Below are positions 47,449 through 58,030 of a stretch of DNA of 64,000 nt, piece after piece. This DNA is from Pseudomonadales bacterium (GTDB lineage Bacteria > Pseudomonadota > Gammaproteobacteria > Pseudomonadales > UBA7434), in NCBI GenBank assembly GCA_013043705.1, contig JABDNS010000016.1, positions 10,739 through 74,738 on the forward strand, read 5' to 3'. A model generated the notes under the pieces. That model did no database searches. It was not told the DNA's origin and saw nothing but the letters and a program-made list of their open reading frames with translations. The first letter of the stretch is position 1; every line of letters begins with the position of its first letter. The position numbers and the translations under genes are program-made.

Positions 47449-49090
47449 GCTCCTTGAATGGGTCGATGCCTACGCGCTTGTAAGTATCGAGAAAATGCTC
47501 TTCGGCTTCGCGTAGTTCAACAAAGGTGTCGAGAATTTTTTCGATCACCGCAGGAATTTCATCTTGCGCGAAGGAGGGGCCAAGAATTTTTGCGATCGCC
47601 GCTTCGCGCCCCATATTGCCGCCCAGCGATACCTGGTAAAACTCCTGGCCTTTCTTATCCACGCCCAATATGCCAATCTGGCCAACGTGATGGTGGCCGC
47701 AGGCGTTCATGCATCCGGAAATATTCAGGTCGATGGGCCCAAGGTCGTATAGATAATCGATGTCGTCGAATTTGCGTTGAATCGCTTCGGCAATTGGAAT
47801 TGATTTGGCATTGGCCAGCGCGCAGTAGTCGCCACCGGGGCAGCAGATGGGGTCGGACAGATAACCAAGATTTGGCGTGGCCAGGCGCAGCCCGGTGAGG
47901 GCTTGCCAAAGTGCATACAGGTCCGATTTTTTAACATCGGCAAAAACAATATTCTGGTTATGGGTATTGCGCATTTCGCCAAAGCTGTACTCGTCGGCGA
48001 GGTCGGCGACCTGGTCCATTTGACTATCGCTAATATCTCCGGGTGAAATGCCTGTGGGCTTTAATGCAAGGTTGACTACCGCGTAGCCTGGCTGGCGGTG
48101 TGCGTGAATATTCTTATCCAGCCAGCGGCCGAACTCCGGGGATTCCATGCGCTGCGATGCCAGCTCACGATTGGCTGATGAGTCGTCGAGCTGTTCGTAA
48201 TCGGGCGCGACAAAGTGGCGTTTCACATAGTCAACCGCAGCGCTGTCGAGCGTATTTTCGCCACCGCGCAAGTAATCCCACTCTTTTTCTACTTTCTCTC
48301 GGAACGCCTCTACACCAAGCGCGCGAACCAAAATCTTGATTCGGGCTTTGAATTTATTCTCACGATTGCCGTGCATGTTGTATACGCGCAGAATAGCCTC
48401 GATATAGGTTAGCAAATGCTGCCACGGCAAGTCGGCGCGAATCAGCTGGGCTATAACCGGGGTGCGGCCAAGGCCGCCACCCGCGTAGATATCGAACTGG
48501 GTCTGGCCGCTGCTATCGTGCTTGAGCTCTACACCAATATCGTGAAACTGGAATGCGGCTCGATCATCTCGTGTGGCACATACGGCTATCTTGAATTTGC
48601 GCGGTAGCAGCGCGAACTCGGGATGGAAGGTGGACCACTGGCGCAACAGCTCGCACCAGGGGCGCGGGTCTTCGATCTCATCGGCCGCGACGCCCGCGTA
48701 TTGGTCGGTGGTGATGTTGCGAACGCAGTTGCCACTGGTTTGTATGGCGTGCATGTCCACTTGTGCAAGATCAGCGAGGATATCCGGTACGTCTTCAAGA
48801 TGCGGCCAGTTAAACTGGAAGTTCTGGCGGGTGGAAACATGCGCATAGCCCTTGTCGTAGTGCCTGGCAATATGCGCTAGCTGGCGCATTTGGGTGCTGT
48901 TGTAAAGCCCGTAGGGCACCGCTACGCGCAACATAGGCGCGAGCCGCTGGATGTACAGGCCATTTTGCAGGCGCAGCGGCAGGAACTCGTTATCGCTTAA
49001 TTCACCCGCCAGAAAGCGTTTTGTTTGGTCACGAAACTGCGTAACGCGCTCGCTGAGAATCTGTTTATCGGTGGCATCGTAGCGATACAT
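47426..49090 (-). CDS. cysI: Sulfite reductase hemoprotein (nitrite/sulfite reductase family, siroheme/[4Fe-4S])
   Basis: 554 aa with cluster/siroheme Cys motifs (SGNCVRNIT; CPGGDYCALA; ISGCMNACGHHH). Confidence 0.9.
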   Translation of the reverse strand: MYRYDATDKQILSERVTQFRDQTKRFLAGELSDNEFLPLRLQNGLYIQRLAPMLRVAVPYGLYNSTQMRQLAHIARHYDKGYAHVSTRQNFQFNWPHLEDVPDILADLAQVDMHAIQTSGNCVRNITTDQYAGVAADEIEDPRPWCELLRQWSTFHPEFALLPRKFKIAVCATRDDRAAFQFHDIGVELKHDSSGQTQFDIYAGGGLGRTPVIAQLIRADLPWQHLLTYIEAILRVYNMHGNRENKFKARIKILVRALGVEAFREKVEKEWDYLRGGENTLDSAAVDYVKRHFVAPDYEQLDDSSANRELASQRMESPEFGRWLDKNIHAHRQPGYAVVNLALKPTGISPGDISDSQMDQVADLADEYSFGEMRNTHNQNIVFADVKKSDLYALWQALTGLRLATPNLGYLSDPICCPGGDYCALANAKSIPIAEAIQRKFDDIDYLYDLGPIDLNISGCMNACGHHHVGQIGILGVDKKGQEFYQVSLGGNMGREAAIAKILGPSFAQDEIPAVIEKILDTFVELREAEEHFLDTYKRVGIDPFKERVYAKAG

Positions 49091-49406
49091 TTAACGGCAT
49101 TTCTCCAACTCGTAAATAGCAAGACACTTTAGCAAAAACCGTGCGTCTCGTCCTCGTCAATAGCGCCTCGAATAGGCGTTGCAAGCCCCAAAGACCTGAA
49201 AATTCCCGCCCGTCCAGCTGTCATATTGCCCCTGCTGGAGCATGGGCCAGCGCGCGCGCGTTGCTATAATTTGACAGTTGCAGAGCGATTTTGCTTTCAA
49301 GTTCGGCTGCCTTTTTTCGAATTTTCATCCGCAGTTTGGTACCTTGAGCCCTTATGCCCTCAGGTTTTTCCAGCCCTGAAGGCCATGTATGAGCAGGAGT
49401 TGTACA

Positions 49407-49538
49407 ATGAACGATCAAATCAAACCCGCCGGGATCCCACCCGAACAAGACAACGACAGCCGTGTCGATATGTGGTGTTCGGTAGCGCTTGTATTACTGG
49501 CGTGGAGTGTCGCGATTTTCTGGGTGAGCGGCCAGTAG
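49407..49538 (+). CDS. Candidate 43-aa small membrane protein (not in the ORF track)
   Basis: ATG preceded by AGGAG at a 7-nt spacing. Translation MNDQIKPAGIPPEQDNDSRVDMWCSVALVLLAWSVAIFWVSGQ has one TM helix. The stop lies 17 nt before an intrinsic terminator. Confidence 0.4.
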   Translation: MNDQIKPAGIPPEQDNDSRVDMWCSVALVLLAWSVAIFWVSGQ

Positions 49539-49555
49539 CACTCGCAAGCCAAGCA

Positions 49556-49579
49556 GAATGGAAAAGGCCGCCATGCGCG
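49556..49579 (+). terminator. Rho-independent terminator
   Basis: ggccgc-catgc-gcggcc followed by TTTTTTT. An A-run precedes the stem. Confidence 0.7.
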
Positions 49580-50037
49580 GCCTTTTTTTCGTTTTACAAA
49601 AAAAACGATTAATAAATAGTCAAATATGAATATAAATTCATTAAAATTATTTCATATATCTGCGGTTTGATTTAAAGTCTGGCTGCGGGCGGAAGTAGTC
49701 TTTTTGCGGAAGCCCCATGTTGTACCAGTACCCCCTATGAGCCCGCTGCTAACGCGATTGAGGTAACGCTGCGCTTCTACCTTGCCAGGGTGGCGAAGCG
49801 TGGCCATGAAATTTGTGCCGTCAGTTGTGCGTGTCGGCAGGCAGGCTGGTGGGGCGTGCTGGAAAAATGCAGGAGTTTTTGAAGTGGTTGTTTTGACCAC
49901 ATGTTTGACTCCGTGGTTGCTGTGCAGGTCGTCCGGAGATTGCCGGGCTTTGCCACTGCCGACTTGTGCAATGCCCAGCGTTGCTGGTGCGCAAGCTGCT
50001 TAACATCGCGCTTGCGAGCCTGCCGGTAACCATGTTT

Positions 50038-50074
50038 GCCCCAACCTAGTTGGGGCATTTTTTTTGCTTTTTTT
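50038..50074 (+). terminator. Strong rho-independent terminator, plus-strand sense, with no called upstream gene
   Basis: gccccaac-cta-gttggggc (8-bp stem) followed by aTTTTTTTTgcTTTTTTT. In the minus sense the hairpin is followed by aaacatgg. Confidence 0.75.
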
Positions 50075-50111
50075 GCGGCTACTGGTGGATTGCAGGATAG
50101 ATATTTATTGT

Positions 50112-50354
50112 TTAAGCGGCGGCGCTGGCCAGTACCATACGCACTATCCAGGCGACGCCGAACACAAATAGCACCGTAAAGATGATGCCCGAAGCAATAT
50201 AGATATAAACACCATTGCGCGAGTCAAAATCCTTCTGGCGATTGGCTTCACTTTGCACACCGAAGGCAGCTGCCACTGTGCTTTTGATAATTTGCCATGC
50301 ACGGTTATGCGGCGGAGCTGGTTCGTCCAGGTTTTTCTTTTCAGGGTGATTCAT
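50112..50354 (-). CDS. DUF2970-like small membrane protein
   Basis: 80 aa with a polar N-terminus and a single C-terminal TM helix (IYIASGIIFTVLFVFGVAWIV). Starts 35 nt downstream of the metH stop. Confidence 0.65.
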   Translation of the reverse strand: MNHPEKKNLDEPAPPHNRAWQIIKSTVAAAFGVQSEANRQKDFDSRNGVYIYIASGIIFTVLFVFGVAWIVRMVLASAAA

Positions 50355-50389
50355 TTTGCAATGCTTCCTGTCACTTATTTGGTAAATTG

Positions 50390-53300
50390 TTAGTCCAGTA
50401 TCGGGCGCAATAGTTTGGCCAGCGCATCAGGCGGCTGACCTTTTCGTGCGGCGATTGCCTCCAGCTGGTCCTGGCCAATTTTTCGAATACCGAAGTAGCA
50501 GCTGTCGGGATGGGAAAAATAGAGTCCGCTAACGGAAGCTGCCGGATGCATGGCAAAGTTTTCGGTTAATACAACGCCAAGCTTTTCATGCGCTTCCAGT
50601 ATTTTAAAAATTGATGCTTTTTCGCTGTGGTCCGGGCAAGCAGGGTAGCCCGGCGCAGGCCTGATACCTCGATACTTTTCTTTTACCATATCTTCGTTGC
50701 TTAGCTGCTCGTCCTCCGCGTAGCCCCAGTATTCGGTGCGCACGCGCATGTGCAAATGCTCGGCCAGGCTTTCCGCCAGGCGGTCGGCGAGGGCTTTCAT
50801 CATAATGCTGCTGTAGTCGTCACCTGCTTCGGCAAATGCTTCCGGGCTTTGCTTGCCTGGTGTCTGGTCGATCGAAACTACGAATGCACCCACGTAGTCC
50901 ACCACGTTGCTATTCAGCGGTGCAACGAAATCAGCCAACGACAAGTTCGGTTTGCCAGGCGTTAACTCGGTTTGCTGGCGCAACTGGTGTAGCTTGAGCA
51001 GCGGTTCGCTGCGGTGCTCATCGGCAAATAGCTGGATGTCATCGTCGTCGACCTGGTTGGCCGGCCAAAAACCGAATGCCGCCTTGGCGGTGAGCGACTG
51101 TTCATTAACAATTTGTTCTAGCATTGCCTGCGCGTCGTCGTAGAGTTGCTTGGCAGCTTCTCCCACCGATTTATCTTCAAAGATTTTCGGGTACTTGCCC
51201 ACTAGCCCCCAGGTAATAAAAAATGGTGTCCAGTCGATCGTGCCGATCAGCTTGTGCAGCGGGTAGTCGAGCAGCCATTGTGCGCCAAGCACGCGTGGCA
51301 CCGGCGCTTGATAGTTAAACCAGTCAAAATCGGGTTTGTTGGCAACCGCCTGTGCATAGCTAAGTAGCTTGCTGCGCGGCGTTTTATTCGCGTGGCGCTC
51401 ACGAATCTTTTCGTAAGTCGTTTTGGTTTCGTCGATAAAAGCCGTTTTTAGCTCGTCGCTTACCAATGTGCTGGCAACCGCAACGCTGCGCGAAGCGTCT
51501 GGTACGTACACCACCTGCTCATTGGCGTAGGCGGGTTCAATTTTTACCGCCGTATGCGCCTTTGATGTGGTTGCGCCACCAATGAGTAGCGGCACTTTAA
51601 AATCCTGGCGTTGCATTTCGCTGGCAACGTAAACCATTTCATCCAGTGAAGGTGTGATTAAGCCACTCAGCCCAATCATGTCGACGCTTTCTTCTCGCGC
51701 GGTTTGCAGGATTTTTTCAGCCGGCACCATTACACCAAGATCAATAACTTCGAAGTTGTTGCACTGTAATACTACGCCGACAATATTTTTACCGATATCG
51801 TGAACGTCGCCTTTCACCGTGGCCATCAGGATTTTGCCGTTGGTTTTTGAACCCTCCTGCTTTTCCTCTTCGATATAGGGTTGCAAATAGGCTACTGCCT
51901 GTTTCATTACGCGCGCGCTTTTTACCACTTGGGGTAAAAACATTTTGCCCTGGCCGAACAGGTCGCCAACCACGTTCATGCCATCCATCAACGGCCCTTC
52001 AATTACCTGGATGGGCCGGTCGAATTGCTGGCGCGCCTCTTCGGCATCTTCCACAATAAACGCATTGATGCCCTTCACCAATGCGTGCTCTAGCCGCTTG
52101 GTGACCGGCTCTTCGCGCCATTCAAGCGTCTCGACGGCTTTGCTGCTGCCGTCGCCTTTGTACTGGTCGGCAATATCCAGTAAGCGCTCGGTGGCATCGT
52201 CGCGACGGTTTAATATCACGTCCTCTACGCAGTCGCGCAATTCCACGGGAAGCTCGTCGTAGATGGCTAGCTGCCCGGCGTTGACAATGCCCATGTCCAT
52301 GCCGGCATTGATGGCGTGATACAAAAACACCGAGTGAATCGCTTCGCGCACCGGGTTGTTACCGCGGAATGAAAACGATACGTTACTTACGCCGCCCGAT
52401 ACTTTTGCATGTGGCAGGTTTTGTTTGATCCAGCGCGTGGCTTCAATAAAGTCTACCGCGTAGTTGTTGTGCTCTTCAATGCCCGTTGCTACGGCAAAAA
52501 TATTCGGGTCGAAGATGATATCTTGCGGCGCAAAGCCAGCCGTTTCGGTAAGTAGCTTGTAAGAGCGCGCACAGATGTCTGTTTTGCGTTGTGCTGTATC
52601 GGCCTGGCCATCTTCATCGAAGGCCATCACTACCACGGCGGCGCCGTAGCGCTTGCAAAGTTTCGCTTGTTCGAGAAAGGGCGCTTCGCCTTCTTTCAAG
52701 CTAATTGAATTGACAATACCTTTGCCCTGCACGCATTTCAGGCCCGTTTCAATCACCTCCCACTTCGATGAGTCGAGCATAATGGGTACGCGCGAAATCT
52801 CGGGTTCCGAGGCAATCAGGTTGAGGAAAGTGTGCATGGCGTTGTGCGCGTCCAGCATGCCTTCGTCCATGTTGATATCGATTACCTGCGCGCCGTTTTC
52901 CACTTGCTCACTCGCCACTTCGAGCGCGGTGTTGTAGTCGCCTTCCAGTACCAGTCGTTTGAATTTTGCCGAACCGGTGACGTTGCAGCGCTCGCCAATA
53001 TTCACGAACAGGCTGTCTTCGGCAATGGAAAATGGCTCCAGGCCGGATAGTCGCAGCGCATGGCGCGGAGCGGGCAGGGCGCGTGGCGCACCACTGCTGG
53101 CTGCCTTGGCGATCGCGCTAATGTGCTCGGGGGTAGTGCCACAACAGCCACCGAGTGCGTTCAGGAAACCGCGGCTGGCAAAGTCGGCCAGCTCCTGCTG
53201 CATGATTTCCGGCGTTTCATCGTACTCGCCAAAGGCATTCGGCAGGCCGGCATTAAAGTGACCACTGAAATAACAGTCGGCTGCGTTTGCCAGCTCTTCA

Positions 53301-54088
53301 ACGAAGGGCCTGATTTCGCTGAAGCGTCGCCCGCAGTTAACGCCAATAATCAGCGGCTCGGCGTGCGCTACCGAGTGCCAAAAAGCAGTGGGGGTTTGGC
53401 CCGACAACAGGCGCCCGCTAAGGTCGGGGAAGGTCACCGAAATCATCAACGGCAAGCGTTGGTCGGGGTTTGCATCAAAAAAGGCTTGCACCGCAAAGAT
53501 CGCCGCTTTGGCGTTCAGCGTGTCGAAAATGGTTTCGACCAGGATAAGGTCTACGTTGCCCTCGACCAATGCAGCGACGGCTTCGCTGTAGTCATCCACC
53601 AGGTCGTCAAAGTTGATATTGCGCGCAGCGGGGTCATTAACATCCGGAGAGATGGACGCGGTGCGCGGGGTAGGGCCAAGGACACCCGCCACGAAACGGG
53701 GCTTATCTGGCGTTTTGGCGCTGTACTCGTCGGCCACTTTGCGCGCCAGCCTGGCGCCGGCCAGGTTAATGTCGTGGGCAGCTTCTTGCAGGTCGTAGTC
53801 ACCCTGCGCAACGCGGGTGCCGTTGAAGGTATTGGTTTCGAGAATGTCGGCGCCAGCATCCAGGTAGGCGCGATGAATTTCTTCAATGACATCGGGACGG
53901 CTGATATTCAACAGGTCGTTGTTGCCTGCCAGGTTTTTGTGATGCGACTGGAAACGCTCGCCACGAAAGTCGTCCTCGGCGAGCTTATAGCCCTGGATCA
54001 TGGAGCCCATAGCGCCATCAATAACGAGAATGCGTTCCGCTAAAGCATCGCGCAGGCGCTGGGTAGTATTGGTGTTCGAAGCGGTCAT
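50390..54088 (-). CDS. metH: Cobalamin-dependent methionine synthase
   Basis: 1232 aa from [12 protein letters not shown]. Contains Hcy-binding, pterin-binding, B12-binding ([10 protein letters not shown] = DxHxxG) and AdoMet activation domains. The upstream 68 codons of the track ORF were rejected. Confidence 0.96.
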   Translation of the reverse strand: MTASNTNTTQRLRDALAERILVIDGAMGSMIQGYKLAEDDFRGERFQSHHKNLAGNNDLLNISRPDVIEEIHRAYLDAGADILETNTFNGTRVAQGDYDLQEAAHDINLAGARLARKVADEYSAKTPDKPRFVAGVLGPTPRTASISPDVNDPAARNINFDDLVDDYSEAVAALVEGNVDLILVETIFDTLNAKAAIFAVQAFFDANPDQRLPLMISVTFPDLSGRLLSGQTPTAFWHSVAHAEPLIIGVNCGRRFSEIRPFVEELANAADCYFSGHFNAGLPNAFGEYDETPEIMQQELADFASRGFLNALGGCCGTTPEHISAIAKAASSGAPRALPAPRHALRLSGLEPFSIAEDSLFVNIGERCNVTGSAKFKRLVLEGDYNTALEVASEQVENGAQVIDINMDEGMLDAHNAMHTFLNLIASEPEISRVPIMLDSSKWEVIETGLKCVQGKGIVNSISLKEGEAPFLEQAKLCKRYGAAVVVMAFDEDGQADTAQRKTDICARSYKLLTETAGFAPQDIIFDPNIFAVATGIEEHNNYAVDFIEATRWIKQNLPHAKVSGGVSNVSFSFRGNNPVREAIHSVFLYHAINAGMDMGIVNAGQLAIYDELPVELRDCVEDVILNRRDDATERLLDIADQYKGDGSSKAVETLEWREEPVTKRLEHALVKGINAFIVEDAEEARQQFDRPIQVIEGPLMDGMNVVGDLFGQGKMFLPQVVKSARVMKQAVAYLQPYIEEEKQEGSKTNGKILMATVKGDVHDIGKNIVGVVLQCNNFEVIDLGVMVPAEKILQTAREESVDMIGLSGLITPSLDEMVYVASEMQRQDFKVPLLIGGATTSKAHTAVKIEPAYANEQVVYVPDASRSVAVASTLVSDELKTAFIDETKTTYEKIRERHANKTPRSKLLSYAQAVANKPDFDWFNYQAPVPRVLGAQWLLDYPLHKLIGTIDWTPFFITWGLVGKYPKIFEDKSVGEAAKQLYDDAQAMLEQIVNEQSLTAKAAFGFWPANQVDDDDIQLFADEHRSEPLLKLHQLRQQTELTPGKPNLSLADFVAPLNSNVVDYVGAFVVSIDQTPGKQSPEAFAEAGDDYSSIMMKALADRLAESLAEHLHMRVRTEYWGYAEDEQLSNEDMVKEKYRGIRPAPGYPACPDHSEKASIFKILEAHEKLGVVLTENFAMHPAASVSGLYFSHPDSCYFGIRKIGQDQLEAIAARKGQPPDALAKLLRPILD

Positions 54089-54390
54089 ACGGAGGTTTTT
54101 CGCAAAAAAAGTAGCGTCTGTACTTGAACAGCATCGCTGCAATGAGCTGGCCTGACAGTGTATCAAAGCAGTGGCTGAAACTCGCGGCAAATACGGGCTT
54201 TCATTTGGTACTTTTCGCGGCGGGCCTGGATGCTGGCAACGCCGCAGTTTGTTCTGCGAGTAAGGCGTGGTTTGTGATGTCAATGTCGCCAACTTTTCGA
54301 CTTATTTGTGGTCGAACTTTGTTGACGCTGGAGTCGAGATTTGCCGCTCAATTGCATAGAATAGGCGGATCGCCAAACAGGATACCCAAC

Positions 54391-55026
54391 ATGACCGACA
54401 CGCCCTCCATTTTTGCTGCCGCGGATACGCAAGCGCGCGAGTATGTTGAAATTGAATTGACCGACTCGGCCCAGGAATACCTGAAAGGACTGCTGGAATC
54501 GCAGGATGAAGATGTAATTGGTATTCGCGTGTTCATTAACGACCAGGGTACGCCGCGTGCCGAAACCTGCATTGCCTACTGCAGGCAAGAGGATGCCGGC
54601 GACGAAAGCCTGGTACGAGAATACGCGGGCTTTACCGCTTACTTCGATGCGGCAAGTTGGCCCTATCTCGATGCGGCCAAAATCGATTTCGCCGAAGACC
54701 GCATGGGCGGCCAGCTCACGATAAAGGCGCCCAACTCTAAGATGCCCCAGGTGCGGGCCGACAGTCCTCTGCAAGACCGAATTAACTATTTGCTTTACAC
54801 CGAGGTGAACCCCTCTCTGGCCTCGCACGGCGGGGAAGTTTCCTTGATGCTTATCGACGACGACAACTTTGCAGTGTTGCAGTTTGGCGGCGGATGCCAG
54901 GGCTGCGCGGCGGTGGATGCCACCTTAAAAGAGGGCGTGGAAAAAACCCTCAAGCAACACCTGCCCGACTTGGCCGGCGTCAAAGACATCACCGACCACA
55001 CCGACCGCAGCAACGCCTATTACTAA
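54391..55026 (+). CDS. nfuA: Fe/S biogenesis protein NfuA
   Basis: Degenerate A-type N-domain plus a Nfu C-domain with GGGCQGCAAVD (CxxC). Start at ATG 54391; the longer track ORF was rejected. Confidence 0.88.
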   Translation: MTDTPSIFAAADTQAREYVEIELTDSAQEYLKGLLESQDEDVIGIRVFINDQGTPRAETCIAYCRQEDAGDESLVREYAGFTAYFDAASWPYLDAAKIDFAEDRMGGQLTIKAPNSKMPQVRADSPLQDRINYLLYTEVNPSLASHGGEVSLMLIDDDNFAVLQFGGGCQGCAAVDATLKEGVEKTLKQHLPDLAGVKDITDHTDRSNAYY

Positions 55027-55027
55027 C

Positions 55028-55076
55028 GAGGACAGTTTACTTTTGCGCGTTAAGCGCGCAAAAGTAAACTGTCCCC
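55028..55076. repeat. REP hairpin, T-type arms (left arm gagg), core gcgcg/cgcgc
   Basis: gaggacagtttacttttgcgcgttaagcgcgcaaaagtaaactgtcccc. It begins 1 nt after the nfuA stop codon. Confidence 0.92.
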
Positions 55077-55097
55077 GAGATTGCGCCCGGTGTTGCC

Positions 55098-55736
55098 ATG
55101 CCTCTCCGCTACCTTGCCCTGATAGTTGCGGTGCTGCCCTTCATTGCGGCAAATTTGTGCTACCTGGTTTCGGCGTGGCAGGGACACGTCGAGTGGTGCA
55201 TTCCCTACCTGCATGGCTGTACGTCAATTAGCGCTGCTGCGCGTCATGGCAGCGCCTTTTACCTTTTCAAAATTTTGATGTTTCCGTCAATTGTGCTGAT
55301 GGTGATTTACTGGCGTGCGCACTGTCGCTGGCTGGCTGCTGCTGGAGATCCGGCGGCAGGCATCAGGCGTGCGATTATGCTCATGGGTGTTGTCGCGGCG
55401 CTGGGTCTTGCGCTTTATACCTCGGTTCTGGGGCTGGTTGGTGACCTTTACTTCTTGCAGCGCAGAATTGGTATCGTGCTGTATTTTGCCCTGACATTTT
55501 TGGCACAGCTGCTGCTGACCTACCGCTTGTCAACGCTGGTCTCGGCCGCGGCGAGGGCTGCCTATCACGCCAAATTCCTGCTTATTTGCCTGATGTGGGG
55601 TTTAGGCCTGTTGCACCTGGTTTTTGAGGTCACGCGGCCTGAATTCGATGCGATCGATGACATCATAGAATGGAATTTCGCGCTGCTGGCCACACTGTTT
55701 TATGCCAGTAGTTACTTTCTCTGGAAAAAGGAATAA
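55098..55736 (+). CDS. Hypothetical integral membrane protein (5-6 TM)
   Basis: 212-aa hydrophobic ORF. No family recognised. Confidence 0.55.
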   Translation: MPLRYLALIVAVLPFIAANLCYLVSAWQGHVEWCIPYLHGCTSISAAARHGSAFYLFKILMFPSIVLMVIYWRAHCRWLAAAGDPAAGIRRAIMLMGVVAALGLALYTSVLGLVGDLYFLQRRIGIVLYFALTFLAQLLLTYRLSTLVSAAARAAYHAKFLLICLMWGLGLLHLVFEVTRPEFDAIDDIIEWNFALLATLFYASSYFLWKKE

Positions 55737-55858
55737 CTTGCTGGAGACGATGGGCCGATGAACGAGTAGCGAGCGTTTTCGGCTGGCGCTTGCCTGTTCC
55801 GTAAGTACTGCGCCTTATGCAAGCCCGCATTGCAGGTATTTGATAGAATCGCGCGCCC

Positions 55859-58030
55859 ATGAAAGCACTTCCTCACCAGCCGGCGACGGCGCCACCCCTG
55901 TTTGGCTACCAGAAATACTGGGCCGAATGCTACGGCACCGCGCCATTTTTGCCGATGTCGCGCGCGGAAATGGACGAGTTGGGCTGGGACAGCTGCGACA
56001 TTATCATTGTTTCAGGCGACGCCTATGTCGATCACCCCAGCTTTGGCATGGCGGTTATCGGCCGTCTGCTGGAGGCGCAGGGTTTTCGCGTTGGCCTGAT
56101 TTGCCAGCCCGACTGGAAAAGTGAAGCGCCCTTTAAGGCGCTGGGTAAACCCAATTTATTCTACGGCGTAACCGGCGGCAACATGGACTCCATGATCAAC
56201 CGCTATACCGCCGACAAACGCATGCGCTCCGACGATGCCTACACTGCAGGCGGGCAGGGAGGTGCGCGCCCCGATCGCTGCGTAATCGTGTACAGCCAGC
56301 GATGCAAACAGGCGTTTCCGGATGTGCCGGTTGTCATCGGGGGAATTGAAGCGAGCTTGCGGCGTATTGCGCAGTACGACTACTGGTCGGACGAGGTGCG
56401 TCGTTCGGTATTGGTGGATGCCACCGCTGACGTTCTGTTATACGGCAATGCCGAGCGCGCGATCGTTGAAGTGGCGCATGCTTTCGCGCAGGGTAAGGAT
56501 AGCCAGGGCCTCGACGATATTCGCGGTGCCACCTTGATTCGGCAAGCTGTGCCAGAAGGCTGGACCGAGATCGATTCCAGCCGAATTGATTGGCCTAATA
56601 AAATTGATTCGCTGCCCAACCCGTATAACTATGGCAACCAGCAGACGAGTTGCGAATCAAAGGGAGCGTCGCCAGCACAGCCCGACACGCGGTTTTCAGC
56701 TTCAATGCAGGAAGGTTTGCATGCGGAGCCGGTAAGAATTATTCCGATGCCACTAGCTACACGCGAGCTAGCAGGTGCCGACCAAAACAAGATCTGTGTG
56801 CGATTGCCATCATTTGAAAAAGTCAGTAAAGACGCGGTGTTATACGCGCACGCCTCGCGCGTGCTGCACCAAGAGAGCAATCCGCACAATGCCAGGGCGT
56901 TGGTGCAAAAGCATGGCCATCGCGAAGTATGGGTAACCCGGCCGCCTATCCCGCTTTCTACCGAAGAGCTGGATGCTGTGTTCGAGCTACCCTACCAGCG
57001 TGTTCCGCATCCCGCCTATGGTGAGGCAAAAATTCCCGCCTACGAGATGATAAAAACCTCTGTCAACATCATGCGCGGCTGCTTTGGTGGTTGTACGTTT
57101 TGTTCGATCACAGAGCACGAGGGCAGGGTTATACAGAGCCGCTCCGAAGCATCGGTATTGCGCGAAGTAGAACAGATTCGCGACAAAGTGCCCGGTTTCA
57201 CGGGCGCGATAAGCGACCTCGGCGGCCCCACCGCCAATATGTACCAGCTTAATTGCAACGATGATGTGGTGCAGGCTAACTGTCGCAGGCTTTCCTGTGT
57301 GCACCCCACTATTTGTAAAAATCTGGAAACCGACCACGCGCCGACCACGCGTTTGTATCGCAAGGCCAGGGCGCTACCGGGCATTAAGCGCATCTTGATC
57401 GCCTCGGGTCTGCGCTACGACCTGGCCGTGCTGGACGAAGAATACGTGAAGGAATTGGTTACCCATCATGTCGGCGGCTATTTAAAGATAGCGCCGGAAC
57501 ACAGCGAAGATGCCACGCTTGCAAAAATGATGAAGCCCGGCATGGGCAGTTACTACGCGTTCAAAAAACTTTTCGATAAGTACTCGAAGCAGGCGGGCAA
57601 AAAGCAGTATTTAATACCTTATTTTATTGCAGCGCACCCGGGTTGTACCGACGAGGAAATGCTGGCGTTGGCGCTGTGGTTAAAACAGAATGATTTTCGG
57701 GTAGACCAGGTGCAAACTTTTTACCCCTCGCCGATGGCGCTTGCCACCGCCATGTACCACTCCGGGCGAAACCCGCTCAAAAAGCTGCGCTACAAACGGG
57801 GTGAAAAAGTTTTTGCCGCAAAGAGTATTGAACAGCGACGATTGCAGAAGGCATTCCTCCGCTATCATGATGAGAAAAACTGGGGGTATCTGCGCGAGTC
57901 ACTGATTCGCATGAATCGTCGCGACTTGATTGGCGATGGCGACAAGCAACTGGTGCCCGATGCCCATCGCAGCCCAGGACGTAGCCGTCGACCCAAACAA
58001 AAAGCCCGCGGTGGGCAATGGAGTAAATAA
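55859..58030 (+). CDS. ygiQ: YgiQ-family radical SAM protein (UPF0313)
   Basis: 723 aa with radical-SAM motif CFGGCTFCS, the conserved N-terminal [12 protein letters not shown]...[13 protein letters not shown] and a basic C-terminal tail. Confidence 0.88.
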   Translation: MKALPHQPATAPPLFGYQKYWAECYGTAPFLPMSRAEMDELGWDSCDIIIVSGDAYVDHPSFGMAVIGRLLEAQGFRVGLICQPDWKSEAPFKALGKPNLFYGVTGGNMDSMINRYTADKRMRSDDAYTAGGQGGARPDRCVIVYSQRCKQAFPDVPVVIGGIEASLRRIAQYDYWSDEVRRSVLVDATADVLLYGNAERAIVEVAHAFAQGKDSQGLDDIRGATLIRQAVPEGWTEIDSSRIDWPNKIDSLPNPYNYGNQQTSCESKGASPAQPDTRFSASMQEGLHAEPVRIIPMPLATRELAGADQNKICVRLPSFEKVSKDAVLYAHASRVLHQESNPHNARALVQKHGHREVWVTRPPIPLSTEELDAVFELPYQRVPHPAYGEAKIPAYEMIKTSVNIMRGCFGGCTFCSITEHEGRVIQSRSEASVLREVEQIRDKVPGFTGAISDLGGPTANMYQLNCNDDVVQANCRRLSCVHPTICKNLETDHAPTTRLYRKARALPGIKRILIASGLRYDLAVLDEEYVKELVTHHVGGYLKIAPEHSEDATLAKMMKPGMGSYYAFKKLFDKYSKQAGKKQYLIPYFIAAHPGCTDEEMLALALWLKQNDFRVDQVQTFYPSPMALATAMYHSGRNPLKKLRYKRGEKVFAAKSIEQRRLQKAFLRYHDEKNWGYLRESLIRMNRRDLIGDGDKQLVPDAHRSPGRSRRPKQKARGGQWSK

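Noticed and set aside
49782-50003. 73-aa plus-strand ORF in the cysI-metH intergenic region
   Set aside because: It has low third-position GC (about 51% by my count versus roughly 65-70% in real genes here), no SD, and a Cys/Arg-rich nonsense-like translation. The region is still flagged as a possible RNA or micro-ORF locus.
49660-50035. Known housekeeping RNAs (tmRNA, RNase P RNA, SRP/4.5S, 6S, CsrB-like)
   Set aside because: Hallmark strings were not found on either strand: GGAAAGTCCGGGC for RNase P, a tRNA-like GGTTCGAATCC...CCA end for tmRNA, and GGTCCGGAAGGAAGCAGCC for SRP. There are only about 5 GGA motifs, too few for a CsrB-type sponge.
53060-54043. 327-aa plus-strand ORF inside metH
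   Set aside because: It is antisense to a strongly conserved metH segment. Long shadow ORFs are expected at this GC content, and it has no motifs.
54089-54390. N-terminal extensions of the metH (to 54292) and nfuA (from 54124) track ORFs
   Set aside because: The two extensions overlap each other on opposite strands and look non-conserved. Homology-consistent starts are at 54088 (MTASNT) and 54391 (MTDTPS).
54089-54390. Possible cobalamin or SAH riboswitch in the metH leader
   Set aside because: Only isolated fragments are present (GCCACTG and a weak B12-box-like AAGCCCGTATTTGCCG), and they are in the wrong order. The SAH core (GAGGAGCGCUGC) is absent. An Infernal scan is needed to be certain.
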